Assembly (NCBI GenBank): GCA_963802945.1
Contig: CAWDKY010000053.1
Location: forward strand, 128,001-192,000
Length of the DNA stretch: 64,000 nt
DNA from: an uncultured delta proteobacterium
GTDB taxonomy: Bacteria > Desulfobacterota > RBG-13-43-22
Direction of reading: 5' to 3'
Positions 39,413-50,697 of the stretch are shown piece by piece. Positions within the stretch are counted from its first letter, which is position 1. Each line of letters opens with the position of its first letter. The notes beneath the pieces were generated by a model that was not told the DNA's origin, made no database searches, and saw only the letters and a list, made by a program, of their open reading frames with translations. Made by a program: the position numbers and the translations under genes.

Positions 39413-40967
39413 ATGACCACTGCAGACCGGATTAAGGAATTAATCGCCCGAAACGCCCAGGCTGAAATGGGCGGCGGGCAGGATAAAATCGACATTCAGC
39501 ATCAAAAAGGTAAGCTGACGGCCCGGGAACGGATCGATTATCTTCTGGATCAAGGCACCTTTGCGGAAATGGATAAGTTTGTGGTCCATCGCTGTTATGA
39601 TTTCGGTATGGAAAAACAAAAATTTTTCGGCGACGGGGTGGTAACCGGGTACGGGCGGATCAATGGTCGTCTGGTTTATGTTTTTTCCCAGGACTTTACG
39701 GTCTTCGGAGGGAGCCTAAGCGCTGCTTTTGGAGAAAAGATCTGCAAGATTATGGACATGGCCATAAGGAACGGGGCCCCGGTCATCGGACTGAACGATT
39801 CCGGAGGGGCACGCATCCAGGAAGGGGTCGGAAGCCTTGGGGCTTACGGTGAAATCTTCAGAAGAAATGTCAGAAGCTCCGGAGTGATCCCCCAGATATC
39901 GGCCATCATGGGACCATGCGCCGGCGGTGCGGTTTATTCCCCGGCCATCACTGATTTTATCATTATGGTCGAAAAGACCAGCCACATGTTCATCACCGGT
40001 CCCCAGGTCATTAAGGCCAACACCCATGAAGATGTCGATCCGGAAGCCCTGGGTGGAGCGGTTAGGCATAACAACACCAGCGGAGTGGCTCATTTCTCGG
40101 CCAAAGACGACAAGAAAGCCTTGGATTTGATCAAAGAACTTTTATCCTTCCTTCCGCAAAATTGCAATGAATCCCCTCCCCAAACTGAACCCAATGATGA
40201 TCCCAACCGTATCGATATGGCCCTTCAGGACCATCATTCCCGACAATCCGCGCCTCCCTTATGATATGAAAAAGATCATCCTCTCTATTGTGGATGATCA
40301 TCACTTTTTCGAGGTCCAGAAATTATATGCCCAGAATATGATTATCGGCTTTGCCCGGATGAACGGGATGCCGGTCGGGATTGTCGCCAACCAGCCCCGG
40401 GCCCTGGCCGGATGTCTGGACATCAATGCCTCGGATAAATGCGCCCGGTTTGTCCGCTTTTGCGATTGTTTTAATATTCCGATCATCACTCTGGTCGATG
40501 TCCCCGGGTTTCTGCCCGGGGTGGCCCAAGAGTATGGCGGGATTATCCGCCACGGGGCCAAGGTCATTTATGCTTATTGTGACGCCTCTGTGCCCAAGGT
40601 GACGGTCATCACCCGCAAGGCTTATGGTGGGGCTTATGATGTAATGGGCAGCAAACACCACGGAGGAGACATCAATTTTGCCTATCCCACAGCCGAGATC
40701 GCCGTTATGGGTCCGGAGGGGGCGGTCCCCATCGTCTTCCGCAATCAACTGAACAATTCGGCCGATCCGGAAAAAACGCGTCAGGAATTGATTGATGATT
40801 ATCGGCAGACCTTTGCCAGCCCTTATAAAGCGGCCGAATTAGGGTATATAGACGAAATTATCCTTCCCGAATATACCCGCCCCAAATTGATCCGTGCCCT
40901 GGAATCCCTGAAAACCAAGATGGATGTGCATCGCCTTCCCCGTAGGCATGGGAATATACCTCTTTAA
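39413..40967 (+). CDS. pccB: Propionyl-CoA carboxylase beta / methylmalonyl-CoA carboxyltransferase subunit (frameshift near 40230)
   Basis: [52 protein letters not shown] split over two ORFs. Confidence 0.9.
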
Positions 40968-40974
40968 AAATCAA

Positions 40975-41063
40975 AGGGTCAAGGATTCGGGGATTCAAGG
41001 GATCAAGGGATGAAAACAATAAACTGGTATTTGTTTTTCTTGAACCCTGGAATCCTTGAACCC
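40975..41063. repeat. Octamer-unit hairpin
   Basis: GGGTCAAGGATTCGGGGATTCAAGG ... CTTGAACCCTGGAATCCTTGAACCC. Confidence 0.7.
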
Positions 41064-41142
41064 TTTTTCGTAGCCGTAAAATCCCAAGCTCTTACAATAA
41101 GCGTTCCCATTTTATTTCTCTATTATATTAATGAGGTCTCTT

Positions 41143-42820
41143 ATGTTTGATTCACAAAAAATTAAAGAGCTGAAGATAAGGCAATCAGCCTGGCAGGAAA
41201 AAACCGAAGCCGGGGTTTACAAATCGCCGGAAAGGAAAAAGACCTTCACGACCCTTTCAGAAATTCCCCTTCAGCGCACCTATACTCCGGCGGATATTGA
41301 GGATTTGGACTATGAAAAGGATCTCTCCTTTCCGGGAGAGTATCCTTTTACCCGGGGGGTCCAGCCCACCATGTATCGCGGCCGTTTCTGGACCATGCGC
41401 CAATACGCCGGTTTTGCCGATGCCGAAGAATCCAATCGCCGTTATAAATTCCTATTGGAGCAGGGCCAGACCGGACTCTCCGTGGCCTTTGATCTGCCCA
41501 CCCAGATCGGCTATGACTCCGATCACCCGCTGGCCCAGGGGGAAGTGGGAAAAGTCGGGGTAGCCATCGATTCCCTTCTGGACATGGAAACCTTGTTTAA
41601 CGGCATCCCGTTGGATAAAGTCAGCACCTCCATGACCATCAACGCCCCGGCCGCCATCCTGCTGGCCATGTACATCGGAGTGGCGGAGAAACAAGGGATT
41701 TCCTCCAAAGATTTGAACGGAACGATCCAAAACGACATCCTGAAGGAATACACCTCCCGGGGGACTTATATTTTTCCACCCCAGCCTTCTTTGCGCATCA
41801 TCACCAATATCTTTGAATATTGTGCCCAAGAAGTCCCCAAATGGAACACCATCAGCATCAGCGGCTATCATATCCGGGAGGCCGGTTCCACGGCCGTTCA
41901 GGAAGTGGCCTTCACCCTGGCCAACGGTCTGGCCTATGTGGAAGCCGCTCAAAAAGCCGGGTTGGACGTGGATCGTCATCGGCCCCCGCTTGTCTTTTTT
42001 CTTTAACGCCCATCTGGATTTCTTGGAAGAGATCGCCAAATACCGGGCTGCCCGCCGGCTCTGGGCCCGCCTGATGAAAGAACGTTTCGGGGCCAAGGAT
42101 CCCCGGACCATGACCCTGCGTTTTCATACCCAGACCGCCGGCTGTTCCTTGACCGCCCAGCAGCCGAAGAACAATATCGTCCGGGTGGCCTTTCAGGCCA
42201 TGTCCGCCGTCTTGGGAGGGACCCAATCCCTGCACACCAATTCCATGGACGAAGCCCTGGCCCTGCCTTCCGAGGAAGCGGTCCAAATCGCCTTACGCAC
42301 CCAGCAATTAATCGCTTATGAAACCGGCGTCACCGATACCATCGATCCCCTGGCCGGTTCCTTTTATATCGAACATCTGACCACCACTATTGAAAAAAAG
42401 GCCATGGACTATATCCGACAGATCGATAAGCTGGGCGGTGCAGCGGCGGCGATTGAAAAAGGATTCATCCAACGGGAAATCCAGGAGAGTGCTTTTCGCT
42501 ATCAGAAGGCCGTGGAGACAGGCGATCGGGTGGTAGTCGGGATCAACAAGTTCCAGACCCAGGAACCGCCGCCTTCAGGACTGCTTAAGGTTGATCCAGC
42601 GATACAGAAGCAACAAATTCAAAAGATTATTCAACTCAAACAATCCCGGGACAATATCAAGGTGCTTTCCTGTTTGGCCCAACTTAAAAAAACCGCCGAA
42701 GTACAGGATAATCTGATGCCCCCGATCCTCGAAGCGGTTCGGGCCTATGCGACCCTAGGGGAAATCTGCGACACCTTGCGGTCGGTTTTCGGAGAATATA
42801 CGGCCGTCTCATTCTTATAG
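41143..42820 (+). CDS. Methylmalonyl-CoA mutase, substrate-binding subunit (frameshift near 41980)
   Basis: [62 protein letters not shown]. Confidence 0.92.
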
Positions 42821-42833
42821 GAGGTCTGGATCC

Positions 42834-43237
42834 ATGAGCACAGAAAGAAAAATACGCGTCCTGGCCGCCAAACCAGGACTGGACGGTCATGATCGCGGCA
42901 TCAAAATCATCTGCCATGCCCTGCGGGATGCCGGCATGGAGGTGATTTATACGGGCCTGCGCCAAACCCCGGAGCAGATAGCAGCCACGGCCGTTCAGGA
43001 AGACGTGGATGTCATTGCCCTGAGCGTCCTGTCCGGAGCTCACGATTATCTGTTTCCTCGGGTCATGGAACTGGTCAAGGAAAAAGGCTTGAAAGACGTC
43101 CTAGTGGTCGGAGGCGGCATCATTCCGGAAGAGGACATCCCGGCCCTGAAAGCGGCCGGTATCAGGAAATATTCGGCCCGGGGACTTATACCTCGGATAT
43201 CGTCAAATATATCCAGGAAAACGCCCGAAAAGCCTGA
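42834..43237 (+). CDS. Methylmalonyl-CoA mutase cobalamin-binding subunit (frameshift near 43165)
   Basis: [22 protein letters not shown]; true C-terminus [21 protein letters not shown] in another frame. Confidence 0.9.
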
Positions 43238-43418
43238 AAAACAAAAAGCCGTTTCTCCAAAACCCCTTGCTTTTTCAGCAAAACAGAAGCTCTCTGTCAA
43301 TCGATTTTACTTACGAGTAAAATCGGGTTATCCATATTTCACAATGATGATGATCCGTGACCGATATTATTTGTACTAAACCTATTATTTAGAAATCTTC
43401 AAAAAACTCCATTCAGCT

Positions 43419-44049
43419 TCACCCCCCTGTCAAATGCCGGTATTTAATCCGATAAGGCGGATCGGCAGCAATCCCCAGATGGGCTTTCCGGTCTGCTTCA
43501 TATTCGGAGTAGTTGCCGTCAAAAAAGAGGCATCGACTCTCCCCTTCAAAGGCCAGGATATGGGTGACGATAAGATCCAGAAACCAGCGGTCATGGCTGA
43601 TGACCAGGGCACATCCGCTTCCAAGGCATCCAGGGCTTCCAGTTTTTCCTGAACTTGGGCTTGTCATTCAATAAGTTTCTCCATGACCTCATCCGACATG
43701 GATTCGGCGAATTTTTCATTGATCCTGTTGAACTCATTCAGCAGGTTAACGATAGACTGGACTCCTTGTTCGACGATCTCTTTCACTGTCTTGGTATCAT
43801 CCAGGACCGGTTCCTGTTCCAGAAGACCCACGGTATGACCTGGAGAAAGGATGGTCTGTCCGTTGAATTCCGGGTCACCTCCAGCCATGATGCGAAGAAG
43901 GGAGCTTTTACCCGATCCGTTGAGACCCAGGACCCGATTTTAGCCCCGTAAAAATAAGAGAGGGAGATGTCTTTCAATACCGATTTCTTATCGTAGTATT
44001 TGCTGACTTTGATCATCAAATAGATGACTTTATTCACTTCCTTAGCCAT
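43419..44049 (-). pseudogene. ettA: Internally deleted EttA (ABC-F) pseudogene
   Basis: N-terminal LKDISLSYFYGAKIG..GLNGSGKS..LEQEP joined directly to C-terminal GCALVISHDRWFLD..THILAFEG..GNYSEYE..RIKY; internal TGA and frameshifts. Confidence 0.85.
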
Positions 44050-44161
44050 TGGGTTTTTCTTCCTGCTGTTTTGAAAAAAATCGTCTGGTTAATCGCTGAC
44101 TGCTGAAAGCTAACTGTTCTTCCAGGGATTTTTAGGTTTCCGGATGGATATCAATTCATTT

Positions 44162-44578
44162 TCACACGTGAAGGGGAAACCTTTGACCGTCGATTTCAAT
44201 TGTTGTTTTGGAATAGGTCAATTTCTTGATGATTTTTCCATCCTGAAAATGAATCACATCAAGCCCCCATCTTTTTTCCGATTTTCCTTCATGGCCTTTT
44301 TCTATTGACGGCCAATCCAACTGCCAGCGATAAAGGACTTTTTGATCCCTTTCATCGACGAAAAAATCTTCCTCGGTAAATTGAAAACCTCCGTGATTGT
44401 CGAACCACGGCGTCCAGGCCTTTTTCAGGGCTTCCTTGCCCACTGCTTTTCCACCGGTCCAATTTTCAAAAAAAACATCCTCATGGAAAAGTTCCATTAC
44501 GCCTTCCAGGTCATGATTTTTCCAGGCCAGATTCCATTCTTTCATGGCCTCAATGATTTCTTCTCTTGAAAGAGGCAT
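44162..44578 (-). CDS. SnoaL/NTF2-like protein
   Basis: WN.AW..HDLEGVMELFHED..F, G.DV..F.DGKI. Confidence 0.8.
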   Translation of the reverse strand: MPLSREEIIEAMKEWNLAWKNHDLEGVMELFHEDVFFENWTGGKAVGKEALKKAWTPWFDNHGGFQFTEEDFFVDERDQKVLYRWQLDWPSIEKGHEGKSEKRWGLDVIHFQDGKIIKKLTYSKTTIEIDGQRFPLHV

Positions 44579-44672
44579 AGTTATCTCCTACAGTTAATTT
44601 TCATTTGTATCAGAAATTTTTCAAAGCTATTTGTTTGAATTCCGAAATCTGCAATCTTACATCCGAAATGAT

Positions 44673-45302
44673 TTATTCCCACCCTTTCACATATTGAGGG
44701 GCTTTTTCATTTTTCTGAAATCCGCCATAGGAACGAGGCGAAGGGTAATACTCCGTCCCGAACTGGACCATGCCGGCCTTCTCTTCTCCGGCCGTATCGG
44801 CCACAAAGGCCAAAGCCATATCAATCCCGGCGGATACCCCGGCCGAGGTCCAAATCCGGCCATCCCTAACTATCCGCTCCTCAACCACCGTTACGTCGCC
44901 CAGATCACGCAGACGATCCAGAGAGGCCCAATGCGTTGTGGCCCTTAAGCCGGACAATAGACCGGCACGGTGCAATATGAAACTCCCTGTACAAACCGAT
45001 AGCACGGCCCGGCAATGTTTGGCCTGTTCGGCGACAAACCGGATTAAAACCTCATTGTCCACTTCTTTACGTGTGCCTTTTCCCCCTGGAACAAGCAGAT
45101 AATCCAAGGAAGGACACTCTGAAAAGATAACCTGGGGATTAATGGACATCCCCTTGTTGCAGACAATTGTTCCAGATTTCTCGGAAACCATAAGGCAATT
45201 CTCCGGTCCCTGAGCCAGCACACTCCAGTATCTTATTATTTCCCAAGGGCCAACCAGGTCAAGCTCTTCAAGATCCGGAAAGATCAGAAATCCAAAATTC
45301 AT
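44673..45302 (-). CDS. DJ-1/PfpI family protein (isonitrile hydratase-like)
   Basis: ELDLVGP, VPGG, SVCTGS, ATTHW, GIDMAL, EY.P. Confidence 0.85.
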   Translation of the reverse strand: MNFGFLIFPDLEELDLVGPWEIIRYWSVLAQGPENCLMVSEKSGTIVCNKGMSINPQVIFSECPSLDYLLVPGGKGTRKEVDNEVLIRFVAEQAKHCRAVLSVCTGSFILHRAGLLSGLRATTHWASLDRLRDLGDVTVVEERIVRDGRIWTSAGVSAGIDMALAFVADTAGEEKAGMVQFGTEYYPSPRSYGGFQKNEKAPQYVKGWE

Positions 45303-45482
45303 ATAGAACCCTCCTGATTGAAAACTTTTTAATTACCTGCTATTTTAAAATAAATGTAAATAAAACACACGAGATTTTTAGGAAATACCGGAATGGGAGA
45401 TTTTGACCGGAGACAATGATTCAGTTTGATTCTCCAGTGGAAATTTGATAAATGCAGAAGAACGATATCGGAGGTGAGAAAC

Positions 45483-46286
45483 ATGGGCAGGGGAAAAGAA
45501 AAGAAGCCTAAACGCTTTGTCGACTTAAGTATTGCCATTGAATCGGATCTTCCAAGCGATCCACCGGGCATGATTCCCAGGGTCGATTACAGTGATCACA
45601 GCCTGGGGAGTGAGGGGATGAAGAATTACTTTCCCGGGATTACCCAAAAGGATCTGCCGTCCGGTCTGGGCTGGGCCGTGGAGTCGGTGAGTCTGAGCAC
45701 CCATTCAGGGACACATCTTGACGCCCCGTATCATTACCACCCGACCATGGATCGGGGCAAACCTTCTTTGACCATCGATGAAATTCCCCTGGAGTGGTGC
45801 TTTCATGACGGGGTGCTCCTGGATTTCCGTCATAAGGCCGATGGGGAGCCGATAACAGCAAAAGATGTGGAAGAGGAATTAAAACGGATCGACTATAAAA
45901 TTAAACCCTTGGATATCGTCCTCATCCAGACCGGGGCCGATGCGGCCTGGGGCACTTCCCAATACCTGATCAAAGGGGCCGGCATGACCAAAGAGAGCAC
46001 CCTGTATCTTACGGAAAAAGGGGTCAAAGTGGTCGGGATCGATGCCTGGAGCTGGGACCGGCCCTTACCTCTTCTAGCTGAGGAATTTAAGCGAACGGGA
46101 AATTCAAAAGTGATCTGGGAAGCCCACTTCGCGGGTATAGAAATCGGTTACTGCCACATGGAGAAGATGGCCAACCTTTCCGGCATCGGACGCCCCCACG
46201 GCTTCACGGTCTGTTGTTTTCCGATTAAGATCAAACGGGCCAGCGCCGGTTGGGTCAGGCCGGTGGCTATAGTCTATGAGGATTAA
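45483..46286 (+). CDS. Cyclase family (kynurenine formamidase-like) metal hydrolase
   Basis: HSGTHLDAPYH (HxGTHxDxPxH), GIDAWSWD, HMEKMANL; ATG after GGAGGTG. Confidence 0.9.
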   Translation: MGRGKEKKPKRFVDLSIAIESDLPSDPPGMIPRVDYSDHSLGSEGMKNYFPGITQKDLPSGLGWAVESVSLSTHSGTHLDAPYHYHPTMDRGKPSLTIDEIPLEWCFHDGVLLDFRHKADGEPITAKDVEEELKRIDYKIKPLDIVLIQTGADAAWGTSQYLIKGAGMTKESTLYLTEKGVKVVGIDAWSWDRPLPLLAEEFKRTGNSKVIWEAHFAGIEIGYCHMEKMANLSGIGRPHGFTVCCFPIKIKRASAGWVRPVAIVYED

Positions 46287-46295
46287 TTTTATTAG

Positions 46296-46422
46296 AGGGT
46301 TCGAGGATTCGAGGGTTCAAGGAAAGTAAGAAGGGGTACACGGTACAAGGTATAAGGTTTAAGGGTGTAAAGTGTAAGGTTTTTCCTTTAACCGTATACC
46401 TTATACCGTAAACCTTGCACCT
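46296..46422. repeat. Octamer plus heptamer hairpin between convergent genes
   Basis: GGGTTCGA/GGATTCGA units, then GGTACAC-GGTACAA-GGTATAA-GGTTTAA ... CCGTATA-CCTTATA-CCGTAAA-CCTTGCA. Confidence 0.75.
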
Positions 46423-47937
46423 TTATTTCTCCGAGTGGCGCTTTCGAAGTTCCTGTCGCAGGACCTTGCCGACAGAATTTCTCGGTATCTCTCCCAAAAA
46501 CTCGATGTACCTGGGACTTTTGTACTTACCCAGGCTTCCCTGACAATATGAAATCAGGCCGCTTCCGGCGACATAATGACCCGGCTTCAAAACTACAAAG
46601 GCCTTGACTTCTTCCCCCATGATCGGATCCGGCACCCCGACAACCGCCGCATCCTCCACGGCCGGATGCTCATATAACACTTCTTCGATATCCCAGGGGA
46701 AAATATTGATCCCGCCCCGGATGATGAGATCCTTTTTGCGATCGACAATATATAAATAGCCGTCATCATCCATCCTGGCCATGTCCCCGGTGTAAAGCCA
46801 GCCATTTCGAAAGGCCTGCCCTGTTTCTTCGGGCATTTTATAATATCCCGGAGAGACATTCGGTCCCCTGACGATCAGCTCTCCAATCTCCCCAACGGGC
46901 AGGTCATTATCGTCATCATCCACAATCCTGACTTCCACCTCCGGTATGGGTACTCCGATGGAGCCGGGCTTCAGCGGCATGTCCGGCCGGTGTCTCGTGA
47001 CCACAGGGGCCGCTTCGGAAAGGCCGTAGCCCTCCCGAACGGGACAGTTGAATTTTTCCTGAAAACCTTTCAGGACCTCAAGAGGAAGAGGCGCTGATCC
47101 GCATCCGCAGCGCCTAAGGGACGATAGGTCATAGTGATCCGCTGCCGGACTGTTGAGCATCATGGCAAACATGGCCGGGGAACCGGAAAAACCCGTCACC
47201 TTATATTTTTCAATGAGGCGAAAGGCCTCCTCGGTATCAAACCAGCGCATCAGTACACTTTTTTGGTTGAACATATAGCCGGAATTCATGACCGTCAGCC
47301 CATAGGAGTGAGATAGGGGCAAGACATGCAGAGCCACATCATCAGGTTTTACATCGGCCATGGAAGAAGCGTTAACGGCATTGGAATAAAGGTTCCTGTG
47401 GGTCAACATTACCCCTTTCGGTTCCCCTGTGGTCCCGGCGGTATACAGGATCACGGCCAGGTCATATTCATCAATCTCAATTTTATTCGGCTCCTCAGAA
47501 CTCGTTCGGACCAGGTTCCAAAAGTTGACCGTCCCTGGAATATCTTCATTTTCAACCACAATGATTTGCTTCAAGGTTTCGATACCGACCCTGCCTTTTT
47601 CGATCTTGCTCATCAAATTTCTGTTGGTGATCAGGACCTTGGATTCGGAATTTCTCAAAATGTGAATCATCTCCCTTTCACCCAAAAAATTGATCACCGG
47701 AACAATGATGCCCCCCGCTCGCAGTATGCCCTGATAGCTGATCAGGACCTCGGGACTGTTCATGAGCATCACCATCACTCTATCCCCCATCTTGACGTCC
47801 AAGCCCTTTAGTCCATTGGCCAGTTGTTCTGCAAAACGAAGCAACTGAAGATTTGTGTACTCTTGATCTTCAAAAATCAAGGACACCTGTTCGCCGAAAT
47901 TTCTATAATGCTGATCGGCCAGTTCAACCAGATTCAT
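46423..47937 (-). CDS. Long-chain-fatty-acid--CoA ligase
   Basis: YTAGTTGEPKG, EGYGLSE, GWLYTGD, DRKKDLI, PRNSVGK. Confidence 0.92.
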   Translation of the reverse strand: MNLVELADQHYRNFGEQVSLIFEDQEYTNLQLLRFAEQLANGLKGLDVKMGDRVMVMLMNSPEVLISYQGILRAGGIIVPVINFLGEREMIHILRNSESKVLITNRNLMSKIEKGRVGIETLKQIIVVENEDIPGTVNFWNLVRTSSEEPNKIEIDEYDLAVILYTAGTTGEPKGVMLTHRNLYSNAVNASSMADVKPDDVALHVLPLSHSYGLTVMNSGYMFNQKSVLMRWFDTEEAFRLIEKYKVTGFSGSPAMFAMMLNSPAADHYDLSSLRRCGCGSAPLPLEVLKGFQEKFNCPVREGYGLSEAAPVVTRHRPDMPLKPGSIGVPIPEVEVRIVDDDDNDLPVGEIGELIVRGPNVSPGYYKMPEETGQAFRNGWLYTGDMARMDDDGYLYIVDRKKDLIIRGGINIFPWDIEEVLYEHPAVEDAAVVGVPDPIMGEEVKAFVVLKPGHYVAGSGLISYCQGSLGKYKSPRYIEFLGEIPRNSVGKVLRQELRKRHSEK

Positions 47938-48508
47938 TACTCTTCCTCCGACCGGAGATCGGGGTTTTTCCTTTGGTCAACAAGAGAAACAACCACTTCA
48001 GGAGATACTCTGAATGGCCTTTGATCCCCAGATATCCACGGCGCTAAAAGTTTGGGTTTTATATAAAGGACCGGCTAACGAATAGTGAGACCTGCCGTCT
48101 TCTTTGACAGGATAGAATCAGTTTAGACCGTAAAAGTATAATTTAAGAATCCCCCTAAAGTCAAGGGAAAAACAGGGTTAGAGTATGAGGCAGGAAAAAA
48201 CCATTTAGGAATCCGGGCAAACAGGTTTCTTTAAAACGGAAAAAATCAAGAATTCAGGATCCTGGAGTCAGAATTCAGAATAAAAACTCTTAATCGCACG
48301 ACTCGAAGGTTTTTTTCTTGTTTCGTGTTGGCTGGCCCATGGGGGCAGGAGGGTTAAAAAGAAACCGGGGAGATGCCCTATTCCTGAAGATAAATAAGGT
48401 CATTAAATTTATTGCATCTGTGACCTTCATTATGATAACTTGATTTCCTTTAAAAAAACCACAGACCAACATGAAAATTTCTAATAGCTCGTCGGAAAGG
48501 ATCAAACC

Positions 48509-48967
48509 ATGGCAACAGAAAAGACCGTAAAAGAAATGAAGGAACTTATAGGAAAAGAAGTTTCAGTAGGGGACTGGTTTGAAGTGACCCAAGATAGGAT
48601 CAATCAATTTGCGGATTGCACCGGCGACCACCAGTGGATTCATGTCGATTTGGAAAAGGCGGCTAAAGGACCTTTTGGAAAACCGATTGCCCATGGCTTC
48701 CTCACCTTGTCCCTCCTTCCTGCCCTGCAGTCGGGCACCCGTTTTTCGATCAAAGGAGCGAAAATGGGAATCAATTATGGACTCAACAAAGTCCGGTTTT
48801 TAAGTCCTGTTCCAGTAGGATCCAGGATCAGAATTCGGGGTGTCCTGTCCGGCGTTGAGGAAAAAGAAGGAGGAAGGGTTTTGTTCACCTATACCAATAC
48901 GATTGAGATAGAAGGAATGGAAAAACCGGCCTGCGTGGCTGAAACGCTGGGTCTCGTCTATGTTTAG
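48509..48967 (+). CDS. MaoC-family (R)-specific enoyl-CoA hydratase
   Basis: FAD.TGDHQWIHVD, IAHGFLTLS, NYGLNKVRF. Confidence 0.92.
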   Translation: MATEKTVKEMKELIGKEVSVGDWFEVTQDRINQFADCTGDHQWIHVDLEKAAKGPFGKPIAHGFLTLSLLPALQSGTRFSIKGAKMGINYGLNKVRFLSPVPVGSRIRIRGVLSGVEEKEGGRVLFTYTNTIEIEGMEKPACVAETLGLVYV

Positions 48968-49016
48968 TGCGACAACAAGAATCCAGAATCCAAAAGTCAG
49001 AATAAAAAATCTTAAT

Positions 49017-49252
49017 CACTTGATCCTAAGTTTAGTCCGAAAATAGGATTCCGGAATTCCGGGATTCCAAGGTTCAAGAGGTCGGCTTTGCCGACCTAAA
49101 AGGAGGCTTCCATTCGGAAGCCGGCCCGCTCGACTTTGTCGAGCTTTAGAAGAGGCTCCCTCTTGGGAGCCGAAGGGTTTTGCTTCCACGCCTTTCACTT
49201 GAACCCTTGACCCCTTGGCTCCTGGAATCCTATTAATAACTAATTGACAAGC
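49017..49252. repeat. Composite repeat/MITE-like element with octamer arms and four small hairpins
   Basis: CTTGATCCTAAGTT ... AACTAATTGACAAG ends; GGATTCC/GGAATCC arms; GGTCGGC-GCCGACC, GGCTTCC-GGAAGCC, GCTCGAC-GTCGAGC, GGCTCCC-GGGAGCC stems. Confidence 0.6.
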
Positions 49253-49313
49253 CTCTTAAAAATGACTAAAGGGTTTGGCGGAAAAGGGTGAAAGAATAAG
49301 GAGGTAGGCATTC

Positions 49314-50522
49314 ATGTTTCAAGGAGCTTTGGAGGGGGTCAAAGTGGTGGAATATGCAACCATGGTATCCGGCCCCTATTGCGGTAAACTACTGGCCGAT
49401 CTGGGAGCGGATGTCATCAAAGTGGAGCCGCCCGGGGGTGATCCCGCACGTCTTTGCGGACCTTTCCCTGAAGACAAAAAACATCCCGAGAAGAGCGCTC
49501 TGTTTCTTTATAACAACACCAGTAAACGAGGAATTACCCTGGATCTGATGAAGGATGAAGGGCTCGAAGTTTTTAAAAAACTTCTTCAATGGGCCGACGT
49601 TTTTATCGACAATAATCCTGTTGACTATTTTGAAAATCTCAATCTGGATTGGGACGCCCTTCAGCAATTGAACCCAGGGCTTATTTATGCCTCCATAACC
49701 CCTTTTGGACGTACGGGTCCCAGGGCCAAGGCCAAAGGAGACGAGCTGACCCTTGTTCACGCCGGCGGCATAGGGTATCACCTGCCGGCCCGCTCGGTGG
49801 ATATTGATCATGCCCCGGTCAAGCTGGGGGGTTATCAGGTAGGTTATCATGGAGGACTCACCACCGCCCTAGCCGTGATAGCCTTGCTTCTGGGCAAGTT
49901 AAAGACGGGACGGGGACATTTGGTCGATATCGCTCTGCAACAGGTTGTCCTCACTTTGGTTTGTCCTTTAGTCACCTCATCACGGTATTATGATCAATCC
50001 TACAGCCGGGTCCCGGACAGGCCGCCGGGCATGGGTAGGATGGAAACCAGCGACGGATACGTCATACTCGGCGCGGCCGATGATCATCATTTCCGGGCCT
50101 TTCGCGAGTTGATGGGCAAACCGGAATGGGCAGCCAGTGATGAGTGGGATGATATGGTCTGGCGTGCCAACCATATGATGGATATTGCCCCTCAGATGGA
50201 GGCATGGATGAAGGCCCAAAAAAAGAAAGACATCACTGAAAGGGCCTCTAAAGCAGGAATCCCCATCGGGTCGGTCAATTCGGCCGAAGATGTAATGAAT
50301 TATGTGCAATATAAGGCTAGGAATTACTTCGTTGAAGTGGACCACCCTGTGGCCGGGAAATATCTCTATGCCGGGTGGCCCTATAAGATGGCGGCTTCAC
50401 CGCCTAAAGTGAGCCGACCGGCCCCGCTTTTGGGCCAGCATAGCGAAGAGGTTTACGGTCAGGTCCTCGGTTATTCAAAGGAAAAAATAAAACATCTTCG
50501 GGATATTCAGGTGATAAAGTAA
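49314..50522 (+). CDS. Family III CoA-transferase (CaiB/BaiF), subunit apparently lacking the catalytic Asp (BbsE-like)
   Basis: GPYCGKLLADLGADVIKVE, N.SKRGITLD, PAPLLGQH; YQVGY at the Asp position. Confidence 0.85.
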   Translation: MFQGALEGVKVVEYATMVSGPYCGKLLADLGADVIKVEPPGGDPARLCGPFPEDKKHPEKSALFLYNNTSKRGITLDLMKDEGLEVFKKLLQWADVFIDNNPVDYFENLNLDWDALQQLNPGLIYASITPFGRTGPRAKAKGDELTLVHAGGIGYHLPARSVDIDHAPVKLGGYQVGYHGGLTTALAVIALLLGKLKTGRGHLVDIALQQVVLTLVCPLVTSSRYYDQSYSRVPDRPPGMGRMETSDGYVILGAADDHHFRAFRELMGKPEWAASDEWDDMVWRANHMMDIAPQMEAWMKAQKKKDITERASKAGIPIGSVNSAEDVMNYVQYKARNYFVEVDHPVAGKYLYAGWPYKMAASPPKVSRPAPLLGQHSEEVYGQVLGYSKEKIKHLRDIQVIK

Positions 50523-50547
50523 TTAATTCTCATACGGAAATCCAAGA

Positions 50548-50657
50548 TTTACGGATTAAGCTTTCAGCCAACAGCAGTCAGTCTTTAGCCTCTTCTTTGT
50601 TTTTAATAAATTTTACTGAACGCAGACTGTTGATGGCTGATGGCCTAAATCCGAAAA
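50548..50657. repeat. Heptamer-unit hairpin with flanking inverted repeat
   Basis: TTTACGGATTA...TTTCAGC-CAACAGC-AGTCAGT ... ACTGAAC..GCTGATGG...TAAATCCGAAA. Confidence 0.55.
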
Positions 50658-50697
50658 TAATTTTTTGGAATTATATTGATCAAGGAAGGAAATATTA

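Noticed and set aside
43664-43666. In-frame TGA in ettA as selenocysteine
   Set aside because: The gene is otherwise deleted and frameshifted, and this is not a redox position.
47940-48500. Riboswitch or sRNA in the long intergenic region
   Set aside because: No recognisable aptamer consensus by eye; an Rfam scan is needed.
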